Of a stretch of 64,000 nucleotides of DNA, positions 1 through 12,000 are shown one piece after another. This DNA comes from an uncultured Planctomycetales bacterium. Lineage in GTDB: Bacteria; Omnitrophota; Gorgyraeia; Aquiviventales; Aquiviventaceae. Numbering within the stretch: position 1 is the first letter of the stretch; every line of letters starts with the position of its first letter. The position numbers and the translations under genes were made by a program. The notes beneath the pieces are model-generated. The model searched no databases. It was not told where the DNA came from and saw only the letters and a program-made list of their open reading frames with translations. The stretch covers positions 40,402 through 104,401 of the forward strand of contig CAYJTP010000002.1 in the NCBI GenBank assembly GCA_964373175.1, given 5' to 3'.

Positions 1-2
1 CG

Positions 3-3000
3 GAGTTCGGAACAGCATTTTTGAGCGTCTTCCGGTTCAGCGAGATTCGCGCCAACCTGAATCTCCAAACGAACTCGGCGTGGGCCGACTTTACTCGGTT
101 TGGCATCACGCTCAGCCAACTGGCCAACCCGAGGAAGTACGAGTTGGGCGTGTTGGTGGATGATCCGGACTACCGCCTGGAGAATGTCAAGCGGACGGTG
201 ATTCGCGACCACCAGCTCCTGAGTGCGCTGAACGCTGACGCGACATTCCGAGGAGCCTTCTTTGACGTCTTCAGCCTGGCGGATCCTGGTGGGAGCCTGA
301 GTCTCGATGTGGCCCAATCCTACGCGGATCTCGTGCGGTTCGGGATCAGTGTGAGCTACTTGGCGAACCCGAAGAAGCTCGATCGGGACTCAAGCCGAGA
401 AATCGATGTTGAGTATGACTTCAATGAGACCCGAGACGGGATCATCCACGTCCAGCAGGTTCTCCAGGCGCTGCGAACGGATGCTCGGCTTCTGCAGGAC
501 TTCAACGCGGTGTATGGCTTGCGCTTGATCGTTTCGCAACTCAACCTGGATGTCAGTAGCCCCAGCCGCGATCAAAAGGCGCTCGGCTGGATTTTGGCTG
601 GGATCGTCCACGCGAGGGATGAGTACGACCGGAAACTCCCGTTTGTGTTGGAGGCCTTCACGCATGCGTTGCCGATCGTGAAGCAGATCCTGGAATCCGA
701 CAAGGCCCGGGCGATGTTACAGCGGCTCTATGGGGTTGAGATTCCTCGCGTGTTGAACCCGTTTGATCCGTCACCTCAGGTTCGTTCGGTCCGGGAGACC
801 GCGAGTCGCCTCCTCTTTGGCATCGCCTGGAACTGGATTGGCGATCAACGGATGCTGATTTATGTCAATGGGTGGCAAGAGCCCCACTACCGCTTCCCAA
901 CGGTTGAGCGATACCTGGAGGCGGTGGAGAAGATCGTCACGCTCATTGAGCTTTCGGATGAATACACTGAGATTCGGAACATCTTCAATCACGGCCTGCC
1001 ATTGGAGCTGCGCCATGACCGCGATGCGCTGACCATTGAGCGTCTCTTCGACGCGGTGCGCCACATCGGCCTGAAGGGCGCCTCGAAAGAGCAGTGGTAT
1101 CTGGATGTCCTGGAGTACGCCAAGACCTTGGTGAGCGCTGAGCGATTCAAGCGGTGGGTCGAGGCCAACAGCGATCTCGTGCTGGATCTTGGGCTGGCGG
1201 TGGATGAAGCCTTCATTACGCGCAATGCGAAGTCGCTCGCTGAGCCAATTCGCTCAGGGGTCACTGAGACGTACCAGTTCTACAACCGGCAGTTTGGCAT
1301 GGACATCCCGGCCTTCAGCATCACGAAGATCGCGGGCACGAACCTAGTCATTGCGACGGCCAAGACGCTCAGCGCCAAGCTTGCAGTTGATTTGCAGACT
1401 CATGAGATCTTTGGCGGCGAGATCGAACAAGAACTGGTCACCATTCACCACCAGGGTCGAACAAGGCAAGCCACGAAGGCTTCGAAAGCTTCGGCACAAA
1501 CGCCCACGACCACCGAACCCCGCACAGGCCCAGAACCTCAACGACTGTTGAGACCTTCCAGATTCCTTCCAGGATGGTCGCTTGCAGCCACACACTATGT
1601 TGACCCCACGGTTCGCTTTGGCGGAAGTGAGTGGTACCTCTACGACATTCTTAGTCTGAGTGCCGAGCACAAGCCGTCGCGTCTCCGATTCGAGGCGTTG
1701 ATGGAAACCAGTCTGGTGGGCAAGCCCGATCGAGGCGTGTTCAAAGCCGTTGAGAGTCGGCTGATCGTACCACGGCTGAGCCTCCGGACGAATCTGTTGG
1801 AGGGGAAACGCGGTACCATCGACCTTGAGCTGAGCAAACCGTTCATTGGTGAAGCCTCTGGGCCATGGTTGGCTGGTCTCCTGACACAAGGCGGGGGAGA
1901 ACGATGGTCGGCTGGGATGGAACTGAGGGGTTCGCTGTGGACCTTGGGCAAGACCACGCGAGGTGCAGGATTAGTCACGTTCCCGGTGTCCCTCCAGATT
2001 CCTGCTCTCCGAGGATCCTTGAACTTGACACCCGGCTTCTTCATTGAAGAGGGATTCTTCATAGTTGATGAGCAGCTAAGTGCTGGGGTTGGGATTGGCG
2101 ATGTGACGCTCTTTGCAGAACACAACCTCACCCATCTGGACGTCGTTCCAGCGGGTTTCCTCACCCCCAACACCGGTGATCGCCTCGGCCTTGGTGTTGG
2201 GAATCAGACGATTGGTCCACTCTCATTGACTGGCACGCTCTACCTCTATTCGTTGAATCCGCTGTTTAACAAGTGGAGGATTGAGGGAGGTGGGCTCACA
2301 CTCGGCATCACCGCGACGAGAGAACCCCAAGAGGCGGAACCGGAAGCTCCTGTCATGTCATCAGAGGAATCGATCAGTCAGGAACCGCAGGACGACCTCG
2401 CGACTGATCAGGCGCGCTTGGATACCGCTGCACTCAGCATAGATACTGTGATGGAAGGGGCAGTCAACCGTCTCATCGAGCGCAGAACCGTGGCGGTCGC
2501 CACCGGCCAGTTCACGCGCAAGGAGTTCGGCCGCTACGTCATTGATGAAACGACGCAGGAGCGGCTCTGGGTTTCGAGTGGCTATACGGTTGTGCGCATC
2601 GATGACAGGTACAGCCGCCTTGACTTCAACGGGACGCCCGTCCTCTACTACCGCGACACGGGTGAAGCCGGTCAGGACGTTCAGACGGAGCACCTTGGGA
2701 CATTTAAGACGAAGCTCGTGGAAGTCATCGATGCCAAGACTGTTCCGGCGGACAAAGACGGCACCCTCCAGCTTGACAAAGGCACCGTCATCGAACGACA
2801 ACACGTCGTGGTCGGCGATCCGCTTGGCCGAGCGGTGAGCCGGCACCATGTGGGTGGCCTGCTGAACGGCTATGTCGCGCTCATCGATGGTCTCGATCCG
2901 TACCTGCTGAACGGGTCCTTTACCGCCGAGCGCAGCCGGTTGGTGGACCCGAAGGGCAACACCGTTCGCTCCTATGAGGTAGTCAACCTCCATGAGAACC

Positions 3001-6000
3001 CTGAGGAGCTTGAGGTTGCTGTCCGCGATGCGAGTGGCTTACTGCTCTATCACGAGTTCATCCCCAACGGCGACATCCTCGGTGAATGGGTGAAGCGGGT
3101 GAAGACGCACGCCGACATGCAGGCCGTCACCACGCGCCACGCCGATCCCAAGGATCCCCGCAAGGACGCTGGCTATGACGTGGTCGTGACGAACAAGGGC
3201 GTTCCCATTGAGCACCGCGAAGTCTCAGATATCTGGGAAGAACCCGACACAGGTTTGATCCACGCCCACGAGCGCACGCAGGAAACCGGACAAGAAAAAG
3301 TCAGCATCTACGGCGCACTGGATGACCTCCGGGCTGAATTTACCGTCGGGCTGTCCAACAACACCGTGACGTTGGTGGAGTACGACGCCGACGCCAACGA
3401 GGCTGCTCGAACCACCTATCGCCTCACCGAAAACACGCAGGTGGATCCCAAGACGACCAGCCTAAAGGCTCTTCAGGACGTGGTCCAGCAGCCTCAGAGC
3501 GCCCAGGTCAGCAACGGCGCCGGGCAGCCCACGCGGAATGAAGATGGCACGGTCACAGTCCGAACCTGGGAAATCGTCTTCAGCGACCAAGGCCAGCCGC
3601 TCGGGAAGAAGACCGCTGTCGAAGTCCGCAACGGCTTGGGACGTCTCCTGAGTCGCACGACAGGCCACCAACGGGTCGAGCATGATCCAACCAAGCCCTT
3701 GGAACCGCCGCTTCGCAAAGTCGATACGTCCACCAACCAGCTCGTTCAGGACTACACCACGACTTTCGTCACCGAGGACCAGCGCATCACAGCCTTACAG
3801 GTGAAGACGACGGACCACCGTCATCACACCCAGTGGACCGACGTCTACAGCGTGAAGGAGGGCTTCGTTGAGCATCTCGTCGAGGGAACCGAGAACGGCC
3901 AGTCTGCTCAAGAGGTCACCGTGCCGGAGCGCGATGAATTCGGGATTATCCGGCATCAAGACACGTACTGGAACGATCGCGCAGGGACGAAGATGTACGA
4001 GGATCGGCTCACCGGATTTGACGAGTCAACCGGTGACGTCACTGTCACCCGCACCGATGTCAGGAAACGCGTTGAGGAAATTCGTACGTTCAACCAGGAT
4101 GGTGACCTCATCACGATCAAAACCGAATCGCGCACCACCACCATTGATCCAGCGACCCAGACGAGCACGACCATCGACAACGCCACAGGCGAAGTCCTCG
4201 TTGAGTCGATTGAAGCGTTCGAGCACGGGAAGAGAACGCGGATAGACACCTACTGGTACGACAAACGGCTTGGCATTAAGGCCTATCAGGACACCTCAGC
4301 CCTGAATGTGTTTGGCAGAGCCGAGACGGTGGTCACGGAAGATGAAAGGGCTCGCGTCGCCTACCACGAGGGCTTGGAGGTCGGCAGGCAAGTCTGGTGG
4401 AAGGGTGAGCTGGCTCGCGTGTACCGTCACTACGGTTATGGCCATGGCATCACGACACGCGAGGTGGACAACCAGTTTACGCACGGCACGCACACGGAAC
4501 GTCTGGACCAAAACGGTCGAGTCGTGAGCGAGCGCCACGGGAATGTGGAACTGAAGGTCATGTATGATGGCGCGACACTCCGGAGGACCAAGGCGTCCCT
4601 CCATCGGAAGATGAGCGATGGGAAGCTCAGCGCCAAACCCCTCATGACGTGGAAATACGAGTGGATCTTGGCATACAGCCACATCCCATGGCTGAAGGAG
4701 CTGTCACCAGAGGACCGGGCCGCGCTCGGCCTGAAGGACGCCACCCAGCTCCAAGCGATCACCACGACGACCGACTGGGGGGAAACCTCAACGGACTACG
4801 TCTTGGCTGGTGATCGGTATGGCCGAGCCCTCGTGACGAAGCTGCCGACGGGTGAGAAGCGCATCGTGGATGCATGGCTCAAGAATACCAACATGGCGCT
4901 GCAGAGCCGAATCCTGAGCCAAGACAATCAGCTGCTGAAGCGCTACGAGGCCACGCCCAAGCGATTGAGCGACGTGCTGGCCACGACGCAGCAGGGTCCC
5001 AACGGCCGCACGCTCCTGAACGACGAACTGGCCGGTGCGACGGTGGCCGAGATCAAGGAGTTTGACAATCAGGGGGTGTTGAATAAGTCGTGGGTCAGCT
5101 TCTTTCAGGTCGTCCCCGTGGCCAACCTCAAGGCTGGGGCACTCGATGTGATCCGCTATGATCCGACCAAGACCTGGGTGAAAGACGGCCAGGACACGTA
5201 TGAGGTGATCGACCAGCAGATCGGCAAGAAAATCATTGAATCCTACCGTGATGGCGCATTCGATGTTACGGGGTTGCAAGAGTGGCTGAAGGCGGATGGC
5301 TACCCCGACGCTGCGAACGCGCTCGCCCAACACGAAACCTACGATATCTACGTGCTCGGGCTTGATGAGCACACGCGGATCAAGACCTGGAAGACCGTCT
5401 TGAAGGCCAACAGCGATGAAGAGGTCTTACAGTATAACGCCAACGCCAGGCGGCTCCGCCTCAATCTCTACGATCGCGCAGGGACGAAGATCGGTGGAGT
5501 CGATTTCGACTACGACGGGTCGATGCCGGCCAGTCAGAGCCTGGAATCCTTAGCAGTGTCGGTGCGGTTGTCGGATCCCCTCGTCAAGGCCTTGGGCTAT
5601 CTCTCGGACGGTGAGGAGAAACAGTTCGAGAGCTTCCTCGTCCTGGACATCAAGAACAAGCTGGCATTTATCGAAGTACGGGACAAGCAAGATGGCGCCA
5701 CGGACAGGGTGGTCGACGCCAGCCCGCAATCGCCTCTCACCGACCAGTTGATCGGCGACCTGCTCCAAAGCCTGAAAACCTCGAATCTGGCTGAGGCCAA
5801 CGGCAAGCTGCCCCAACCGCAGCAGATCGAGAAATGGAAAATTGTCTCGAAGACCGTGTATCACTATCGTGCCTTTCAGGACTTCAGCGCGGTCCACCTG
5901 CGCAGGATGGGGATCGCTGGTCAGGCAGAGGGGTTCCTGTTTGATCCCAACACCAGGACGTACGCAGACCAGGCGGCGAGTGAATCGATCCTTGGCAATC

Positions 6001-9000
6001 TCGTGATTGGCCCTGAAGCCATCCGCTTCCCTGAGGCGATTCGCATTGAGATCTTCAGGGAGGATCGGCTGGAGCGACACGGCGCCCATGAGCTCAAGCA
6101 CACCGTAGAAGTGAAGGATGGCCTCGGGAGGAACACCGAGACCCAGTTTGGCCCCGCGGCGTCCGGCGAAACCCTGGAGGAGAAATTCCGCAACTTCACA
6201 GCAGAGCGCAAACGCTACCAATTCTATTTCTTCGAAGGCGGGGAGGAGAATCTGGCCAAGTACGGCATCGCAGATAAGAGCTTGGTCACCGTCGTCCTCA
6301 ATGGCCAGGAGTACCTCGCGGCGTTGTCCAACGCCACAGTCCCTCTTGCCAACGGCGATATCGACTACCGGACGCAAAAGGGTGTGAGCATCGAGCCCTT
6401 AGACATCCAGACCTTGGGCAGCACCGAATGGTATGCCCAGTTACGGGCCTGGCTGATGGAACGGAAACTGCAGTTGGACGGAGTCGTCTTGTCCTACGGG
6501 GAGGTAAAGACCAATCGCGGCCATCTCAAGCTCATCCTCACGGGATTCACTAAGAGCCAACTGGATCCGACGACCCACTTTGCGAAGAAAGGCGAACTAC
6601 CCCGAGACGTGACCTTCCTGCGCTACAACGACGAGGCACTCTTGTTCTACCTGGGCATCCCAGAGGGCAGCGTGACCTACGCCTACGATCCAGAGAAGCA
6701 GTTTGACCGTGCCCAATACGGGGAGGCTGATGAGCTTGCCCGAGCCAACGGGTTCAGGATTCAAAACCACCTCATGGTGTATGACGTCCACTTCGCCAAC
6801 AAATCAGAAAACGAGGGGAAGAAGCATCTTCGAGAAATGGGCGTCCGGTTGGACGGGAGTCTCGCCTATCAGGTCGGTCGCGATCGGTTCGATCTGTGGG
6901 GTTTGGATTTCGCACGGCCTGGCCGGGAGTACGACGCGATCGTCTCCTACGACATCCGAGAACTCGCTGAGGTCACGGAGCCGCTTCCGGAAGAGACGAA
7001 CCGGATCACCGACTTAGCACACCTCCGTCTACCTGGCGCAACAGCGGGCCGGAAGATCCAGCACCTGAATATCGTGTTTAAGGATCATCCGGGCTATCTG
7101 ATCACAACCAACACGGTGGCCCAAGAAGATCGCGATTACCTCGATGCTTTCTCGGACCTCATCAACGGTCGGGAAGCCCATTACGACAAGGCCCGTCATC
7201 TCCTTGTCCTGACAGGCGAAGAGCCTACGGTGGTGCTGAACGCCAAAGCAGGCCGGGACGCCAAGCTGTTCTTCCAAGGCGAGGAAGTCATGACGAAACA
7301 AGATCAGTTCACCACCCATGTCCTGCGAGATGATGAAGGAAAGAAACTGAACTTCGTGAAGCGACTCTATGAGGAAAATGTCAAGCGCAACAGCCTCTTC
7401 TCGAAGATCGTCAAAGCGCTTCCCGTCATCGGGGCACTCACGTTCTTGACATCGTTGCAGATGTATGCTGGCGAGCCCGCTGTGCCTGGAGTGGGGGCAA
7501 GCCAACCCAACCTGTGGCTCTATAGCCTTGGGGTGATTGCCGCTTATGTGTTTGTGATCTTGCCAACGTTGATCGCCGGGTTGTATTTCCTCTCGAAGGT
7601 CAACGCCTTGTTCTTGAGACTGGTCGTGAATGTGAACAAACTGATCCAGAAACCGACCAACAGACCACTGGCTCCTGGGGTGAACCCGGCTGACTATCGG
7701 ACCCCTCGGTATCACGAGGTGAAGCGCAAGGTCGGAGCTGTGAGCATCATTCCAGAGCTGATCCTCTACCTGGTGAACAAGGGAGCTGCTGACACCGAGA
7801 TTGAGCTTCAACGAGACTTCTGGAGGGCGGTGATCGATTACCAGATGAATCGCAAGCTCGGGGGGTATCGCTCCAAGAACTCGCTGCTCACCGCTCGTCC
7901 GTATGTCTTGGATATCCATGAGATCTCCAGCTTCTTGAAGCGTGCTCGTCAACAGGGGATCGATCCGATGACAGATGTCCCAGTGAACGGTCAAACACTC
8001 CAAACCGTGATCGAGTCACGGGCATGGGACGAGGCAGTGATCGACCAGGTGACCCAGGCGATTCGAGCCTTCTTGAGGGCTGGGCGACAGCAAGAGAACG
8101 CCGAACGGAAAGCCGCCAGGCTCCGCGGGAAGTTGCTTGAGGAAACCCCCTATCCGGTTGGGGCTTGGAAGTTTTCCTTCAAGATCCTCCCTCGGATGTT
8201 GAACGTCATGTTCCGGACACCCTTCCGAGGGGAAAGGACGCCGAACCTCTGGCAGGCCTCCAAGTTTTTTGGACTCATCATTGCCGAGACGATCCTGTCC
8301 GCAGTCGGGTTAAGTGCGCTGATGTTTGTCTATACCGCTCCTGAAATCTCTGCCTTTCTGCCGATGCTCTTTGGCCTCATCCCATTTACCGCGGTCGTGC
8401 TGCTCAATTTCTGGACTGTGCTGTACCTGAACTATGCAAGCCTGTTTCGGATCGTTCGGGGTCGGTTGCATCTGGATAACGTCTCCACGTGGAGCAGCGC
8501 CCAGCGCGTGTTTCGGCAGCTTCGACGCCAGTTGAAGCCTCAACTGAGAGGAATCTTTGATGTGTTCTACCGGCATGAAATTGACAACCTGCGGTTTGCG
8601 AATGATCAGCCAGGGAGAGGGCCGCTCGTCAGTGAAGACGAGCACACCGCGTTGCTCCATGCCCTTGAGGGAGGCCGGTTAATCAAGCCCCAGACCTTCG
8701 AAGCGACAGAAACCCTCAAGCGATTCCTCAACAAATGGGCAAAGGTCCAGGCAGACTTTAATGCACACCCTGAAGAAATTGAAGCGATCCTGCAAGGCGT
8801 CGAAGATAACCGGGAAGACTACCGGCTCAATGTGATGCACTCAGGCTATGGGGAACTGGTGTGGGTGCATTTCGAGCAGCTGGATGTCTTGGCTGAAGAG
8901 CCTGGAAAAAGAGAGGTGGTCACAAAGTTCCGGAAGCTCATGATGGTGCACCCCGAGGAGTGGACCCTGTTCATTCACGACCGCGTTGGCAATCAGCTGA

Positions 9001-12000
9001 CCAGACAAGACGAACAATTCCTGTCACCTCGTCGCAGAAGCCTCACCGCTGAATCGGCCGCTGCGTATCTCGCCCAACGCTTAGGACAACCGCTCGATGA
9101 TATCAAGGAGCAAATCGAGAAATGGGCCAACTGGCGGTTGGAGAACGCTGGGAAGACTATCATCGCCACGATCTTTAGCCATCTGGAAACCTATAAGGCA
9201 TGGGCAGAGGTCCTAGGGATTCCTGAGACACAGAGGGAGGCGTGGGCACGAGCCAGGGTTAAGGTGGTGGTCAAATATGACGAGTATGGACAGAATCCAG
9301 GCCGAACCGCCGACTGGGATCATGTCAATCAACGCTTTGGCAACATCCTCACCACTGCAAACCAGACGTCCTATGAAGCCAGGGAGGCGGCCATATCGGC
9401 CTGGCATCACGATGATCAGCATGCGGCAATCCTTGTGGGAGCGCCACCTGCCGAGATGAGAGGACATGGAACTAAGGTCGGGGGGTGGGCGTTGGTCATT
9501 CCCTATTTGGATAGCGACCTTGTCTATTTCTTGGATATTGGCCATCGGTTGGCATTCGATAGTGTGATGTTCACGCCGTTCATTTCCCGACAATTTGAGA
9601 CCAATCAGTCCCTGGCCATGGTGTCGCCGGTCTACTACGCGTATGAGGAAAACTACACGTCAACGAGCCGGAGCATGAGCATTGGCCATGAGGTGTGGGA
9701 CCGGGATATCCGCTCTATCAAAGACGTCATCGATAGCGAAGACGACTGGGGCAAGAAGTATGCTCGTGTGAGCGCCTTCGAAGCCGTCAACGCGTTTCTG
9801 CCAGAGTACAACTCTGAGGATACCGCTGGCGGGGTGCGGATGCTCAAGCTTGGCTACGACATCCGCCACACGGAGCTTGTGGATGTTCCGCAGTCTGTGG
9901 AAAAAGTGCACTTCTTGGGACGCTCCTTTGTGCTGCGCTTTGGCTCAACGGTCCCAGAACTCCTGCTCGGCCGTCCAGTGTGGAAGTTTCTCGGGTCACC
10001 CTTTGTCCACTGGACCGCGAAGCTTGGCACATTCATCAGCTTTAGCCACTACCTGCGCATTGCCTTGACGGCGGTGACGATGGTGAGCTTTGTCGTGTTG
10101 AATATGTTCTTCCCCTGGTCCCTCTTTACGCTGCTCCCATTTGTTCCAGTGTTTCTGACGCTCAACTTCTTGGCGAACCAGGCGGTCAATGCTCAAACCG
10201 TGTATCGGTACGAGCAGCGCTATGGGCTCCTCAAGGGTCTGGTGATGTTCTACAAGGATTTCCCGAACCTCTTCATCGATTACGTGACCTACGAGGTCGG
10301 GAACTTCCGACAATTCCTTGAGGGCCTACGCGGGTTTGGAATGTTTACATTCAGTCCAAGGATTAGCAATCTCTACCGCCATACGTTCAAAGCCCTTTGG
10401 AATGAACCGACTGTACGGACAGGGGTCAAGCTGGCGGCATTCCTCACGCCATTTATCCTGCTCATGCCGCTGCATCCAGTGAAGCTCTTGCCCAACCTTG
10501 GCTTTGTCGTGGCGGTCGTCACGTGGTTGGTGGGGCCGTTTATTCGGAATGTCCGTACGCCGTTTTCCGTCAATCCCATTCAATGGGCTAGACAATTGGC
10601 GATGGATGTGTTGCTGGTGCCTTGGGCGTTGTTGCGTGTTTTTGTAGACATAGGAAAAGACCTGAAAGAGAAAGTAAAGAAATGGCACGCAGGCCAACAG
10701 CGGTTGAACGTCATGCTGAGCGTGGCTCCACTTCTTGCCTGGCCGATGCTTCACAGGGCTATGCAAACCTCAGGTGTGACGTGGGGCGATGTGGCGTATT
10801 ACTCGTTAATGGGTATCACAGCTCTGGCAGTGCTGGGATCGATTGCCTCCGCAATTTATGAGATGAGGTACCGAACAATCTATTTTCAGCACTATGGAGA
10901 ATACGAACTAGAATTGAAAGAGAGAGCGGACTCACATCCTCTAGTGAGAATCCTCGTGGGACTTGGTGTAGCTACAGCCGTTCCTCTTTTTATGGTTGCA
11001 GTTGATGGGGTTAACCTGTCGGTCGTCATGATGATCGGCATGATACTGGCTCTCATGTTTGGAATAAGGAACCTAGATACGTCACTGGGAGTGATCTGGC
11101 AAAGTCGTCCTCTCCAGGTTAAAGAGCTGTTCAAGACAACAATGCCATTTCTCTCCGCTGAGTTCAGCGATAAGTTGCTGGAACAGTTGTGGTATGTGAC
11201 GCGACCGTATCGTGACAACAAGGCAGCTCTAGATGCGATTGCAGAAATCATTAGTTCTATGACGGAGCCTGGACGGAAACTCAAACCTGACTACTTTAAA
11301 CGGGGTGGTAAGTACTACACGACTAAATGGTGGAGCCATGGATATGGGGCCTATGAAGAGTACGAGGAGGAAGTAAGTGAAGAGGAAGCCACTCTCCCTG
11401 AGGTAGTAACCATCCCTGATGTAGCTAAAATCACAGAACTACTTAGCCATCCTAATGAACTTAACCGATTAGTGGTGGAACGTCTCAAAACAGTACAACA
11501 GTTAACTTCCAATACAGATAGCTTGAGACATCGTGGTCGCGGTGAAGCGTCTCCTGGGGCGTCTGAGACCGGGAACACGAAGCACCCTGGGAAACGACAC
11601 CAGCGATATCCTGGCAAGGTTGAGCGGGTTGGCTCTGAGGACAAGACCCAGGACGTCCATGTGACTGCGACGGTCAGTCCTGATCGGAACATCGCCTTTG
11701 AGTATCCGCCTGACGCCACGGTGCTAACCCGCTTGACGCCCGAGGAAGAACAGATGGTCCGCCAGAGTCTCCAGAACTGGCTGGCGACGCTCGAGCATGC
11801 GCCGCCCTTGCAGGCGAGGCAGATTCCGCTGTTGGTCACCGACAATCTCGATGAGGTGGCCAGACATCAGGCCGGCAGAATCGAGATCAACGCCGCCATC
11901 CTTCGTGGGCCACCTCCTGGTGGTCCCGAAACCCCCCAAGACCGCCAACTCTTCCTGCACGGTGTGATCTATCACGAAGGCTATCACTTCCTCTCCCCGC

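Noticed and set aside
5550-8003. Long minus-strand ORFs overlapping the giant ORF (for example 5550..6377, 7029..8003, 12006..12728, 25077..25832, 39435..40208)
   Set aside because: Their translations are R/H/Q/G-rich without recognisable family signatures. This is typical of antisense open frames in GC-rich coding DNA. Only the minus ORFs at 51.5-53.6 kb show genuine protein-family signatures.
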